DNA of 63,557 nt, counting the filler, from Chiloscyllium plagiosum (taxonomy: Eukaryota): assembly GCF_004010195.1 (NCBI RefSeq). It is 6 parts of one record of this genome, joined end to end, with 100 filler letters (N's around TTAATTAATTAA, not from the genome) between each part and the next. Parts side by side here need not be neighbours in the genome. Positions count along the whole stretch, not along the records: positions 38,721 to 52,750 come from NC_057712.1; positions 52,851 to 58,838 come from NC_057712.1; positions 58,939 to 63,557 come from NC_057712.1; 3 more parts are not named here. One strand, written 5' to 3'. Numbering within the stretch: position 1 is the stretch's first letter; every line of letters begins with the position of its first letter. The notes under the pieces are model-generated. The model had not been told where the DNA came from. It searched no databases and saw nothing but the letters and a program-made list of their open reading frames with translations. Position numbers and translations under genes: made by a program. Below, piece by piece: positions 52,260-63,557 of this stretch.

Positions 52260-52750
52260 GGAGAAAGTGAGGACTGCAGATGCTGGAGATCAGAGCTTAA
52301 AAATGTGTTGCTGGAAAAGCACAGCAGGTGAGGCAGCATCAAAGGAACAGGAGAATCGACGTTTCCGCCATAAGCCCTTCTTCAGGAATGAGGAGGGTGT
52401 GCCAAGCAGACTAAGATAAAAGGTAGGGAGGAGGGACTTGGGGGAGGGGTGTTGGGAATACGATAGGTGGAAGGAGGTTAAGGTGAGGGTGATAGGCTAG
52501 AGAGGGGGTGGGAGCGGAGAGGTCGGGAAGAAGACTGCAGGTCAAGAGGGCGGTGCTGAACCTGGAGGTTGGGACTGAGATAAGGTGGGGGGAGGAGAAA
52601 TGAGGAAGCTGGAGAAATCTACATTCATCCCGTGTGGTTGGAGGGTTCCTAGGCGGAAGATGAGGTGCTCTTCTTCCAGGCGTCGTGTGGTCAGGGTCTG
52701 GCGATGGAGGAGGCCAAGGACCTGCATGTCCTTGGCGGAGTGGGAGGGGG
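52260..52750 (-). mobile_element. Penelope 3' fragment
   Basis: MQVLGLLHRQTLTTRRLEEEHLIFRLGTLQPHGMN plus tail. Confidence 0.93.
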
Positions 52751-52850
52751 NNNNNNNNNNNNNNNNNNNNNNNNNNNNNNNNNNNNNNNNNNNNTTAATT
52801 AATTAANNNNNNNNNNNNNNNNNNNNNNNNNNNNNNNNNNNNNNNNNNNN

Positions 52851-53298
52851 ACCTCACCCTAGTTCCAAACTTCCAGCTCAGCACTGTCCCCATGACCTGT
52901 CCCGACTTGTCCTACCTGCCGCTCTCCTTTTCCACCTATCCACTCCACCCTCTCCTCCTTGACCTATCACCTTCATCCCCTCCCCCACTCACCCATTGTA
53001 CNNNNNNNNNNNNNNNNNNNNNNNNNNNNNNNNNNNNNNNNNNNNNNNNNNNNNNNNNNNNNNNNNNNNNNNNNNNNNNNNNNNNNNNCCATTGTACTTT
53101 ATGCTACTTTCTCCCCACCCCCACCCTCCTCTAGCTTATCCCTCCACGCTTCAGGCTCTCTGTCTTTATTACTGATGAAGGGCATTTGCCCGAAACATTG
53201 ATTTCGCTGCTTCATGGATGTTGCCTGAACTGCTGTGCTCTTCCAGCACCACTAATCCATTATCTGATTTCCAGCATCTGCAGTCATTGTTTTCACCT
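52851..53298 (+). mobile_element. Penelope tail
   Basis: Matches 3790-3985 and 38530-38620; degenerate hammerhead at 53172-53200. Confidence 0.9.
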
Positions 53299-53689
53299 CT
53301 TTGATCAGCCAGTTAACAGTATTACTTCTGAATACCATTTCTTTTCCAAAGTGTGTTGATCATATAATTATCATTCCTGAAGCTGTATTGAATTTTCAAA
53401 ATGCAGCTTCATTGAGACTGTTTACATTTTACATTGAAAATCAAAGAAAATGCAACATGTCTCGAGCAAAAATAAAATCTATCAAATAAATTAAAATCCA
53501 TTGATTGTAATGAATAGTAATTCTTATTAAGTAAAGACACATGGTCTATACCTTTTGTCAATCTGAACGGGTAAATTGGGAAACTTTGCATACTTTTATC
53601 AAATCTTTAACTTTTGCGATAACTTCGGGAATAGATGGACTTGATTTCCAACACACTCCCACAGTGAGGCATGACATTCACTTGATCTT

Positions 53690-55305
53690 CATAGAATCAA
53701 ATAACAGTCACAGCACAGAAGGAGGTAATTCTGCTCATTTATCATGTCTGTCCTGGTTCTGTGAAGGAATAACTCACCTCCTACCATTTCCCCATCTACT
53801 TCCCATAACGTTGCACATTAATTATTTCAAATAACAATGACTCAATTGAAGACTGTATTCTCAGGCAATATATGTCTGATCCGAAGCAATTGCTACCTGA
53901 AAGGTCTTTTAGCCATGTTGTCATTACTTGAATGCCAATGGCTTTAAAGCTGTGATCTTGAGTTTTGATCCTTCCATCAATGAGAATCATTTCTCCTGAT
54001 CTTCTCTGTTTGGATTTCCCAATCTACTTTGTCCAGAGTCCCCATAACTTTGAATACCTCTATCAAATCTCTCAACTTCCTATTCTCCAAAGAAAACAGT
54101 ACCAACTTCTCTAATCTATCCATGTAATGGATGTTCCTCATCCCTGAAACCATTTTCATGATCTTTTTTGCTGCATTCTCTCTAATGCCTCCACATCCTT
54201 TAGAAAATGTGATGCCCAAAACTGAATGTAATACTGCTCTTGTTTCTTTACAAGTTTACACAACTTTCTTGCTTGTGCACTCTATGCTTCTATTGTTAAA
54301 GTATAGGATGTTGTGTATATTACCATACTGTTCGGCCATCTGACAAGATTTATACACACATACATCCAGGTTCCCCTGCTCTTGCATTCCCTTTAGAATG
54401 TTTAACTTTAGTTTGTATTATCTCCCCATTCGCCTCCTAACAAGATAAATCACTTTGTACTTCTATGTGCTAAATTTAATCAGCTTTTTGTACACCTAAT
54501 CCACCAACCTTCAAACTGCTTTTCAAGTTTTCTACTATGCCCTTCACAATTCACAATTCTTCCAAAATTTGGATCACTTGCAAAATATGAAATATTGCCC
54601 AGTACACCAAGGTCTGGATCATTTATCCAGTCCAAATAGCATCTTGTAACCATCAATGTCTGTTTCCAGTCATTTAGTCAAGTAGGTATTCATGTTGTTA
54701 CTGTCTTTCTTACTCCTTGGGCTCTTATCTTCGCGTGTCCGTTGTGCAGCGTTGTATCGCACTCTTTTTGGAAGTTCGCACACACTACATCAACACTACT
54801 ATCCTCATTAATCTTTTTCTTATTTGATTGAAAAACTCCAGCACGTTAAGTAAATATGGTTCTCCTTTGACAAATCAATGCTGGCTTTCCTTAATGAACC
54901 CATATTTGCCTGAGTAACTCTTAGTTTTGTCCTGAACTATCATTTCTCGAAGCTTCCCACCACTGAAGTTAAACTGATTGGCTTCTGGGTACCGGATGCT
55001 TTAAATCCTTTCAGGAGCCATTTGTAATTTTCTCATCCCCTGACAGCACCCTGGACTATCAGAAAGACTGTCAATTATAGTCAATGCTTCTTCAATTTCA
55101 CTCTCACTTCCCACAATGCCCTTGGGATTAATGTCATTTGGTTCTGATGTCTTATCATCTTTAAGTATATATATCCCATACAATAACTTCTTTCTCAATT
55201 TTAAACACTTTAATATCTGAACTGCCTCCTACCATATGATTTGTGCAATGACTTATTTGGTCACAGATGCAAATTATTAATTTAACATCTCAACCAAGCC
55301 TTCCA
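53690..55305 (-). mobile_element. Highly decayed CR1
   Basis: YMDRLEKLVLFSLENRKLRDLIEVFKVM. Confidence 0.75.
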
Positions 55306-55309
55306 CTCC

Positions 55310-56456
55310 TTGGAGGATGATCACCCCAAGGTTGAATGTCCTAGACTGCTGAAGTGTTCTCCAACTGGGAGGGAACACTCCTGTCTGTTGATTGTTGTGT
55401 GGTGCCCATTCATCCGTTACTGTAGCCTCTGCTCGGTTTCCCCAATGTACCATGCCTCAGGGCATCCTTGCCTGCAGCGTATGAGATAGACAATGTTGGC
55501 TGAGTCACATGAGTACCTGCCACATACATGGTGGGAGGTGTCCCCACGCGTAATGGAGGTATCTATGTCCACACGCTGACACGTCTTGCAGCGCCTACCG
55601 CGACAGGGTTGTATGGACCCTGTCCATACATTGGTGAAATCAAGCAGAGGCTACGGCAATGGATGAATGGGCACTGCACAACAATCAACAGACAGGAGTG
55701 TTCCCTCCCCAGTTGGGGAACACTTCAGTGGTCCAAAACATTCGACCTCGGAGTTTTGGGTGACCATCTTCCAAAGTGGACTTCGGGACAGGCAGCAGCG
55801 AAAAGTGACCGAGCAGAGGCTGGTAGCTAAGTTTGGTACCCATAGGGAGGGCCTCAACCGGGACCTTGGGTTCATGTCACACCATTGGTTGACCACCATT
55901 GCACTATACACACACACAGACACTTCTAACACACAAGTGCACACACACACACACGCATATATGTTTGTGGGGTGAATTTGTACTCGCAGAATTACATTGT
56001 ACTTTGCTCAAAAACTGCATGAATTCATGTAAGACTCTGTTAACTCATTTTTTAGATTAGAATCTAAAAACATTATGGCACCGACAGCAGCACACAGGGG
56101 GCTAACACCTTCAACACATTATCTGGGCTGACACTAATTGTTAAAGTTAACCTGAGAATGTAACTTTTAAAAAAAATTTGTGATTTACATATGAAAGAAG
56201 TGAAACTAACATGGTCATTCTAACAGATGAGAGACTTAACAAACAATCAAGGTATTTCTCAATGTATAATTTCAGTTGCATCACACTGTAAAGGTTTGCT
56301 ATAAATTCTGTGTTACGATCGAGCCCTCCACAATTACCTGATGAAGGAGCGGCGCTCCAAAAGCTAGTGTGCTTCCAATTAAACCTGTTGGACTATAACC
56401 TGGTGTTGTGTGATTTTTAACTTTATCCACCTCAGTCCAACACCGGCATCTCCAAA
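55310..56456. mobile_element. Second Penelope (Neptune-type) family with an inverted 5' segment
   Basis: Minus 55310-55617: QPCRGRRCKTC, IVYLIRCRQGCPEAWYIGET. Plus 55620-56456: YIGEIKQRLRQWMNGH...KFGTHREGLNRDLG, (CA)n, tail with a hammerhead-like motif at 56338-56367. Confidence 0.92.
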
Positions 56457-56749
56457 TTATTTTTCTATTCTATATTTATTTGCATGTGATTCTGGCAGTA
56501 AACCTGAAAGTATTATTTTTTTCCTAACCTGAAATTCTGATTGTAGGACTACATGCCTCTTTATGCCTAAGCTATTAGTGTTGATGCATACCGTGACCAC
56601 TGGCTGTCCATCCTCCACACTCAGTGTATCATTCTTAATCCTGATTCCAGAGAAACAATATACCATGTTAGAGTCATGTCTGCAGCAGTAGAAACTTGTA
56701 TGTTCACCTACTTAATGAATTTCCAGCAAATGGGCTTTCCAATTTGTAT

Positions 56750-58220
56750 CATCATATCTATAAGCTTAATTTCAGAGATAAGCCTCATGAGTGTTTGGGC
56801 TCCAATGCTGTGCTCCAGAGATGAAAACCTGTTCTATGAGGAATGTGACATTGCTTTCAACCAAGTGACAAATTCAGAACATCTTCATGTGCAGGGGGAT
56901 TTCAATGTTAGCATGGCATGGACCATGAGTAATGGCCCTTCTGCCTCAAACATCATGACCTCAGTAAGATTCAAAAAAATAAACTGAAACTACTTGGGCT
57001 TTGTTGTTACTGCAACGTTTGTGTAACTGACAACTTCTTCCAGGATAAACCAGCTCATAAGATGTTCTGGAGGTCAGGGTAAAGGCACCAGCTGGTGTAA
57101 GGATTGTGATGAGGTCAGCCAGCTGAATCTCATAGATTGCGAGTTCCCTGATTGGGGCTGTTAATCTGGTCTGCTGACACTCTGGTAGCTGACTCTGAAT
57201 GAGGCAGTACTAAAATCAAGGACTGTTCATGTGTAAATAAAGGATGACTTGATGACAGATACAGGCCTCTGTGGAGTTATCTCAGCTGGATCTGACAATC
57301 ACCAGCATGACTTGCTGAATAATCTTCTCAACACACATACTGCACTGACTCCGATTAATCACTTGCAGGGCTGTACCAAGTTTAGGATACAATCCTTGAA
57401 GTTTTCTCTTTTAAAATAGAAATGTCATCCTCATATCAATAACAGTCCTACTGCCTATTCAGACTGAAAACCAACAGTTCCTCAACTCCGAACACTCTCT
57501 GACAGAAGCGAAATGGAACATATTTCGAGAGGCTGACTACAAAACTACACTCTGAATATATAGGAAGCAAGACTGGAAGAAATTTGACCTGTTCAAGGCC
57601 ATCATCATGGTTTAGAGTTTGACAATGAAGCCAAGCTATCCACTGTCATTAATTATAAGTGAAATCTGAGTGAGAAAACTCTGAGTGCACTAAAGCCCAA
57701 TAGTGTCCAGTGGTGCACCAATGATTATTCTTGCAGACAATGCAGATATGCATTGATACAGGAAATGTCAGGTGTATCTATGAACACTTTAAATTGGCAA
57801 TAGGGTTCATCAGCAAAGACAATGGCTCCCCTGGAACCAAAGGCAAGAAAGGTCAACTTTGCCTGTAATAAATAACTGCTGAAATGCTTAGAAGTCTACA
57901 ATAACTTAGGAGGATTTCTGATGTACCACCCGTGATGTGTTGCTCTAGACACCATTGAAAGATTTCCTGAGATGGCAGAGCTGGATGTTGAACTGACAGG
58001 TTGGCAGAGGCATTGACTGATTTACCATGGTGCAGGCTCCAAGTCCTGAATCTACTCTGCTCGAACTCATGAAACACAAAAAGCCAGCACTCCTGCAACA
58101 TCTGCACAAACATTTTTGTCTCTACTCGAGGGAGGGGGCCATATCCCATGCTGCAAAAATAATGACCCCTGTCCAAGAACAAGGGTAACCTAAGCAATTG
58201 CAACAACTACATTTCTTATG
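56750..58220 (+). mobile_element. RTE-clade LINE relic
   Basis: ISLMSVWAPMLCSRDENLFYEE...HLHVQGDFNV; HQLDL; ccctgtccaagaacaagggtaacctaagcaattgcaacaactac. Confidence 0.75.
57096..57284 (+). mobile_element. Short solo LTR (189 bp) with 5-bp TSD
   Basis: gctgg-TGTAAG...aataaa...TCTCA-gctgg; splits the RTE HQLDL motif. Confidence 0.85.
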
Positions 58221-58229
58221 CATAGGAGC

Positions 58230-58690
58230 CTGTACACAGCTCCCATCAGAATCTTTTATCCTTCATGGCTCCTCAACTCTACCTACACAGATTCTATGCC
58301 TTCTGATTCAATATCACTTCTTGCTATTGATTTAATTTTATTTCTTACTAACAAGATGACCTCACCCTGCCTTCCCGTGTGCTTGTGTTTTCGATAGGAT
58401 GTGTATCCTTAGATATTTAGTCCCCAACCCTGATCCTCTGCAATGATGTCTCTGAAAAAAACATCGTACCTGCCAATTTGAATCTGTGCTGCAAGATTGT
58501 TTTGTGTATTGTGCGTATTTACCTTGTTTTGTGTATTGTGCGTATTTATGTACAGCATCCTCAGTAAGGCTTTGACTACCCCGTTTCTCATAGTTGTCCC
58601 CTTCTCCGCTGTGTCTGAAGTTAGATTCCTGACCTTTTCCATACTCTCTGTCCTATTACCAGTTCTGGAAGTTTCAATAGCCTCTGCTGA
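58230..58690 (-). mobile_element. CR1 endonuclease start fragment
   Basis: LRMLYINTHNTQNKVN...QIQIGRYDV; contains a 27-bp tandem duplication. Confidence 0.75.
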
Positions 58691-58697
58691 ACCCTTT

Positions 58698-59075
58698 GGG
58701 GTAAAAACAATGACTGCAGATACTGGAAACCAGATTCTGGATCAGTGGTGCTGGAAGAGCACAGCAATTCAGGCAGCATCCGACGAGCTGCAAAATCGAC
58801 GTTTCGGGCAAAAGCCTTTCATCAGGAATAAAGACAGANNNNNNNNNNNNNNNNNNNNNNNNNNNNNNNNNNNNNNNNNNNNTTAATTAATTAANNNNNN
58901 NNNNNNNNNNNNNNNNNNNNNNNNNNNNNNNNNNNNNNTGACCTGTCCGGACTTGTCCGACCTGCCTAGCTCCTTTTCCACCTATCCACTCCACCCTTTC
59001 CTCCCTGACCTATCACCTTCATCTCCTCCCCCACTCACCTATTGTACTCTATGCTACTTTCTCCCCACCCCCACA
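58698..59075. mobile_element. Penelope tails in opposite orientation flanking a gap
   Basis: Minus tail 58698-58838, with hammerhead core CTGATGA...GAAACGTC at 58794-58829; plus tail 58938-59075. Confidence 0.88.
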
Positions 59076-59732
59076 GTTTATAATTAACTTGTCAGCATTT
59101 CTGTAGTCACTGTGTTTCTATTAAAACAGCTTTTGGGGCCTAGCTTGAGAGTGAATGGGTTTTTATGCACCCACCAATTGATTTTCATTTAACTAGATTG
59201 CTCTGTGACACAGCAAAACAAATAACTGTGTCTTGAGGTTTCTTACAGACTTCTGACATTAGGAACAAACATAGGTTAGAGAGGGAGACTTTTGGTTTCA
59301 GTTTTACTTCGAGTGGTGCCATTCCTGTGAAGTCCTTTGAATTAGATAGCTGTATTGACCAGTGTTCTTACAAAGGGAACAGTATATGAACTGAATAACT
59401 AGATTAGAGTGAAGAGTTAGTGTTAATCCAGTGTTTGGACAAACCTCTGAAGAGGTTACTTAAAGCTGAGTACTTGAATACTCAGCTGTAAACTAGCTCC
59501 AGGAAGAAGCTATCTGCAGTTCCAGTCTATGAAATAAAGTCACAGATGTCTTAAACTAACTGACAGGTCAAATACAGGGACAGTGATTACTGTCCATGCA
59601 GCGTTTCTGGCACTGTGCCTGGGGTGTGTTGGATACTTTACAAAAATTTTCTTTTCAATTTATAAAGGATTGTTTTGAGAATAATGAGATTCTACTTTTA
59701 CTGTATAGGAAGTCTTTGAATTTGTATTATTA

Positions 59733-60312
59733 GTGGAGGCCAAAAAGTCTCCAAAATGGCAGCAGAGTAGCACGGCTGCTCCCAGGGCTTGTCCACTCCG
59801 GTCTGCTTTCTTTCTCTTTTTTTTCCTCTTTGTTTTTAAAGGCTGGAGATGGAGGGTGAAAGAGGAGGCCTCTGGCAGCAGCAATGCCTCAGATGAACTG
59901 GCCACAGCTCCACCCCTGCCTGGGACAGTGGAGGATCCCGACGACTGATGACCTGCGGCGACAACTGGAAGAGTGTCAGGTGGGGTGTAGGAGGTATGGA
60001 AGCTATGCATCCCAAGGCCCATGGCTCCAGCCTGGATGCAGCAGTCATGATCGTGATGGTGACAAAAGCCCATAACCTGAGACTCAAGATGCCATTACAG
60101 AGACCGAGGAACACATTTCAGAGACTATGGCTGATGTCAAGCAGTGACTGGAGGAGCAGTGGAGGAGGAACACTACTGCAGTAAAATCTTGCATTATATT
60201 CAGTGTGTCATGATGGTGCCAGAGTGTGGCAACACTTTATGTGTAACATGCGGAAAAAACACTTTTACTGTACTTTTATATACATGTGACAATAAATCTG
60301 AATCTAATCTAA
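59733..60312 (+). mobile_element. Probable non-autonomous retroposon with a (TCTAA)-like tail
   Basis: GC-richer island starting tccaaaatggcagc and ending cttttactgtac...acatgtgacaataaatctgaatctaatct. Confidence 0.5.
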
Positions 60313-60908
60313 GATGGTTTAGTTTATCATTTTATATCTTCATTTCTTTTATCACTGAATTTCTTGTTAGAACCAATGTTGATTTTTCATTATTTTTATT
60401 GTTATTCTTTTATCAATTTTGAATTGTGAGCTGGAAATGAATTGCCAATTCTGGGATAGCTTGTAATAAAAGGAAAACAACAGACGAAACAAGCTTTGTT
60501 TATTTGAGAGGCCAGGCCTGGAGGTGAATTGTAGGCTGAGGTTGATTTCATAGGTTCTAATAGATACAATAACCCTGTGAGGAGTACTGTCTTTAAATAG
60601 ATAGCAGAGTTGACTATTAATGAGTTCAGTACCTGGGTTTTTGTTCCAGCAAGTCTGAAAAAGACTCTTTGTTCCAGCAGATGGCAGGTACTGAATGGTC
60701 ATTGAGATCATGGGAAGCATCAATCAGGGTGGAACCAGAATTAATGTTTTCTTGAACTGTGCTTTCTGGGAGATGGCTCTGGGTTGCTGCTGAGACAGCA
60801 TAAAGATTTGAAAGCTCCCTGTATAACCTGCTTTACCAGTTTCTGGAAGCCCAGAGAGGAAATCTGAGTTAGAATTATTGCCTGGGTGACTCTGATCAAC
60901 ATTTCAGA

Positions 60909-61238
60909 AGGCGGCATGGTGGCTCAGTGTTTAACACTGTCTCCTTACAGTGCCAGGGACCCAGGTTCGGTTCCAGCCTCGAGCGACTGTCTGTGAGGAG
61001 TTTGCACATTCGACCTGCATCTGCATGGGTTTCCCCTGAGTGCACTGGTTTCCTCCCACAGTTCAAAGATGTGCAGGTTAGATGATCTGGCCATGCTAAA
61101 TTGCCCATTGTGTTCAGGGATGTGTTAGTTAGGGGTAAAATGTAGAGTAATAGGTTAGGGGGTGGGTTACTGTTCAGAGGGTCAGTGTGGACTTGTTGGG
61201 CCAAATGGCCAGTTTGCACACTGTAGGGATTCTATTCT
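60909..61238 (+). mobile_element. V-SINE (HE1-like), full length
   Basis: ggcggcatggtggctcagtg A-box, ggttcggttcc B-box, V-domain, CR1-like tail. Confidence 0.92.
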
Positions 61239-61514
61239 TAAAAACAACCAAGATATCCACATTTGCACCTTTGAAATAACACATCATGAACGCCATTCAA
61301 AGAATTGAGCCAGTTTTGTTACTTTTATTCATTTATTCATTAACTGTTTGTTTGTCTGTCTTTTGTGAGAATGGGGGCTGAACGTTTTGGGTTTAAAGCA
61401 CCGACATTAATAATTTTACTGTGTTATTTAATTTTGAACTGTGGTTTCTGGGAGATGTCTAATAAATAGTTGAGACTTTTGTTAGAGATAGAAAACTGGT
61501 GCCTGGAAAGTAAT

Positions 61515-62270
61515 TATAGAAACATAGAAAAAATACAGCCCAGTACAGGCCCTTTGGCCCTCGATGTTGCGCCGATCCAAGCCCACCTAACCTACACTAG
61601 CCCACTATCCTCCATATGCCTATCCAATGCCCGTTTAAATGCCCATAAAGAGGGAGAGACCACTACTGCTACTGGCAGGGCATTCCATGAACACACGACT
61701 CGCTGAGTAAAGAATCTACCCCTAACATCTGTCTTATACCTACCACCCCTTAATTTAAAGCTATGCCCCCTCGTAATAGCTGACTCCATACGTGGAAAAA
61801 GGTTCTCATGGTCAACCCTATCTAAACCCCTAATCATCTTGTACACCTCTATCAAGTCACCCCTAAACCTTCTTTTCTCCAATGAAAACAGCCCCACGTG
61901 CCTCAGCCTTTCCTCATACGATCTTCCTGCCATACCAGGCAACATCCTGGTAAACCTCCTCTGCACCTGTTCCAGTGCCTCCACATCCTTCCTATAGTAT
62001 GGCGACCAGAACTGCACACAATACTCCAGATGCGGCCGCACCAGAGTCTTATACAACTGCAACATGACCTCAGGACTCCGGAACTCAATTCCTCTACCAA
62101 TAAAAGCCAGTACGCCATATGCCTTCTTCACTGCACTATTTACCTGGGTGGCAACTTTCAGAGATCTGTGTATATGGACACCAAGATCCCTCTGCTCATC
62201 CACACTACCAAGTATCTGACCATTAGCCCAGTACCCCATCTTTTTGTTACTCTTACCAAAGTGAATCACC
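61515..62270 (-). mobile_element. Young 5'-truncated CR1
   Basis: Uninterrupted ORF of about 225 aa: QRDLGVHIHRSLKVATQV...PHLEYCVQFWSP...FFTQRVVCSWNALP. Confidence 0.96.
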
Positions 62271-62592
62271 TTTATTGGCAATGTCTGGGATTAATTGCTC
62301 AACGGTCTATCAGGAATGATTGGAGTGACTTTTTTAGGGGTGGGGGGGTCTTTGATGGTTTTGTTTTACTGTGTTGCTAATACAGAAGTAGAAAGACTGT
62401 TTTGATTCACTGTGTGTCTCCGTATCAAAACATTGTTTTTAATTGTTTTAAAAATTTGCAACATTGTTTGCTTACATTTCAGCACTACACAACTTTTTAA
62501 AAATCAAAACAAACCAAACTATGAGCTATCAAGCCAGGTTTCTGTTTAGGATCTGACTTGATTGGTAATAACATCAGTTGGGCTTAATGACA
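62270..62592 (+). mobile_element. Probable LTR 3' portion (rest likely dispersed across 59200-61515)
   Basis: Ends ggatctgacttg...taacatcagttgggcttaatgaca, LTR-like. Confidence 0.4.
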
Positions 62593-62957
62593 ATATGCTG
62601 TTATAGCTATGTCTTACTGTCCTTGCTGTTGAGTAGAAATGAAAATGAAGCTGTTGATCCTGTTGTCGGCTGCTATGCATCTGTCTCCTGCTTGATATGT
62701 ACATGGCTGTCAATTTTGACTGAAACTGCAACTAATCTGTAAATGAGTATTGGAGGCAAAAAAGTTGAGGAAGGTGGTCCCCTTTAACTCAGTTGCAGAA
62801 TAGGTTTGTGATATGCGTTGCTACTGCAAATAACTCAAACCTGCAAAGGTGCTTAGCACCCTTGCCTTATTGCTCAGTCATTGGAGTATAGGAGTTGGGA
62901 AGTCATGTTGAGGTTGTACAGGACATTGGTGAGATCTCTTCTGGAGTACTTTGTCTA

Positions 62958-63557
62958 GGCACTCTTCCTCCAACTATTGTGTTGCTATGGTCTGGCGATG
63001 GAGGAGTCCAAGGCCCTGCATGTCCTTGCTGGAGTGGGAGGGGGAGTTGAAGTGTTGAGCCACGGGGTGGTTGGGTTGGTTGGTCCGGGTGTCCCAGAGG
63101 TGTTCTCTGAAACGTTCCGCAAGTAGGCGGCCTGTCTCCCCAATATAGAGGAGGCCACATCGGGTGCAGCAGATGCAATAAATGATGTGTGTGGAGGTGC
63201 AGGTGAATTTGTGGCAGATATGTAAGTATCCCTTGGGGCCTTGGAGGGAAGTAACGGGGGAGGTGTGGCCGCAAGTAGGCTGCCTACTTGCGGAACGTTT
63301 CAGAGAACACCTCTGGGACACCCGGACCAACCAACCCAACCACCCCTCAACACTTCAACTCCCCCTCCCACTCCACCAAGGACATGCAGGTCCTTGGACT
63401 CCTCCATCGCCAGACCATAGCAACACGACGGTTGGAGGAAGAGCACCTCATCTTCTGCCTGGGAACCCTCCAACCACAAGGGATGAACTCAGATTTATCC
63501 TGTTTCCTCATTTCCCCTCCCCCCACCTTGTCTCAGTCAAATCCATCGAACTCAGCA
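62958..63557. mobile_element. Penelope GIY-YIG region with an inverted duplication
   Basis: Minus 62958-63275: HIIYCICCTRCGLLYIGETGRLLAERFREH. Plus from 63282 repeats the same region in the opposite orientation. Confidence 0.93.

Noticed and set aside
52260..53298. Apparent single fold-back Penelope across a gap
   Set aside because: The two tails are from different subfamilies, no TSD is visible, and a linker gap separates them.
60909..60985. tRNA-like sequence
   Set aside because: SINE head without a complete cloverleaf; not a tRNA gene.
1..63557. CRISPR arrays, operons or prokaryotic defence systems
   Set aside because: No regularly spaced repeat-spacer array or prokaryotic gene structure; the sequence is vertebrate repeat DNA.

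Overview
Repeat-saturated vertebrate genomic DNA, almost certainly from a cartilaginous fish (shark-type CR1 LINEs, HE1-like V-SINEs, a Deu-domain SINE, Neptune-type Penelope elements). It is a draft scaffold with several N gaps, five of them holding an artificial TTAATTAATTAA linker. No complete host gene is recognisable; essentially every ORF with identifiable protein similarity is retroelement debris. Content: many CR1 fragments, an older CR1/L2-type LINE, L2 and RTE relics, a young L1 (ORF1 + ORF2, cut by a gap), a decayed Gypsy gag-pol split by nested insertions, solo LTRs, two Tigger-like MITEs, and many Penelope-like (GIY-YIG) copies whose tails carry minimal hammerhead ribozyme motifs. 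Most notable: (1) a fossil protease-RT fragment at about 481-1128 resembling spuma-related (foamy/loki/class III) retroviruses; (2) about ten hammerhead motifs and fold-back Penelope insertions; (3) a young, CpG-rich ERV-like solo LTR at 29586-30127; (4) a few unassigned candidate exons. I found no convincing evidence of a wholly new system. All family assignments come from motif recognition by eye, not database searches, and boundaries of decayed repeats are approximate.
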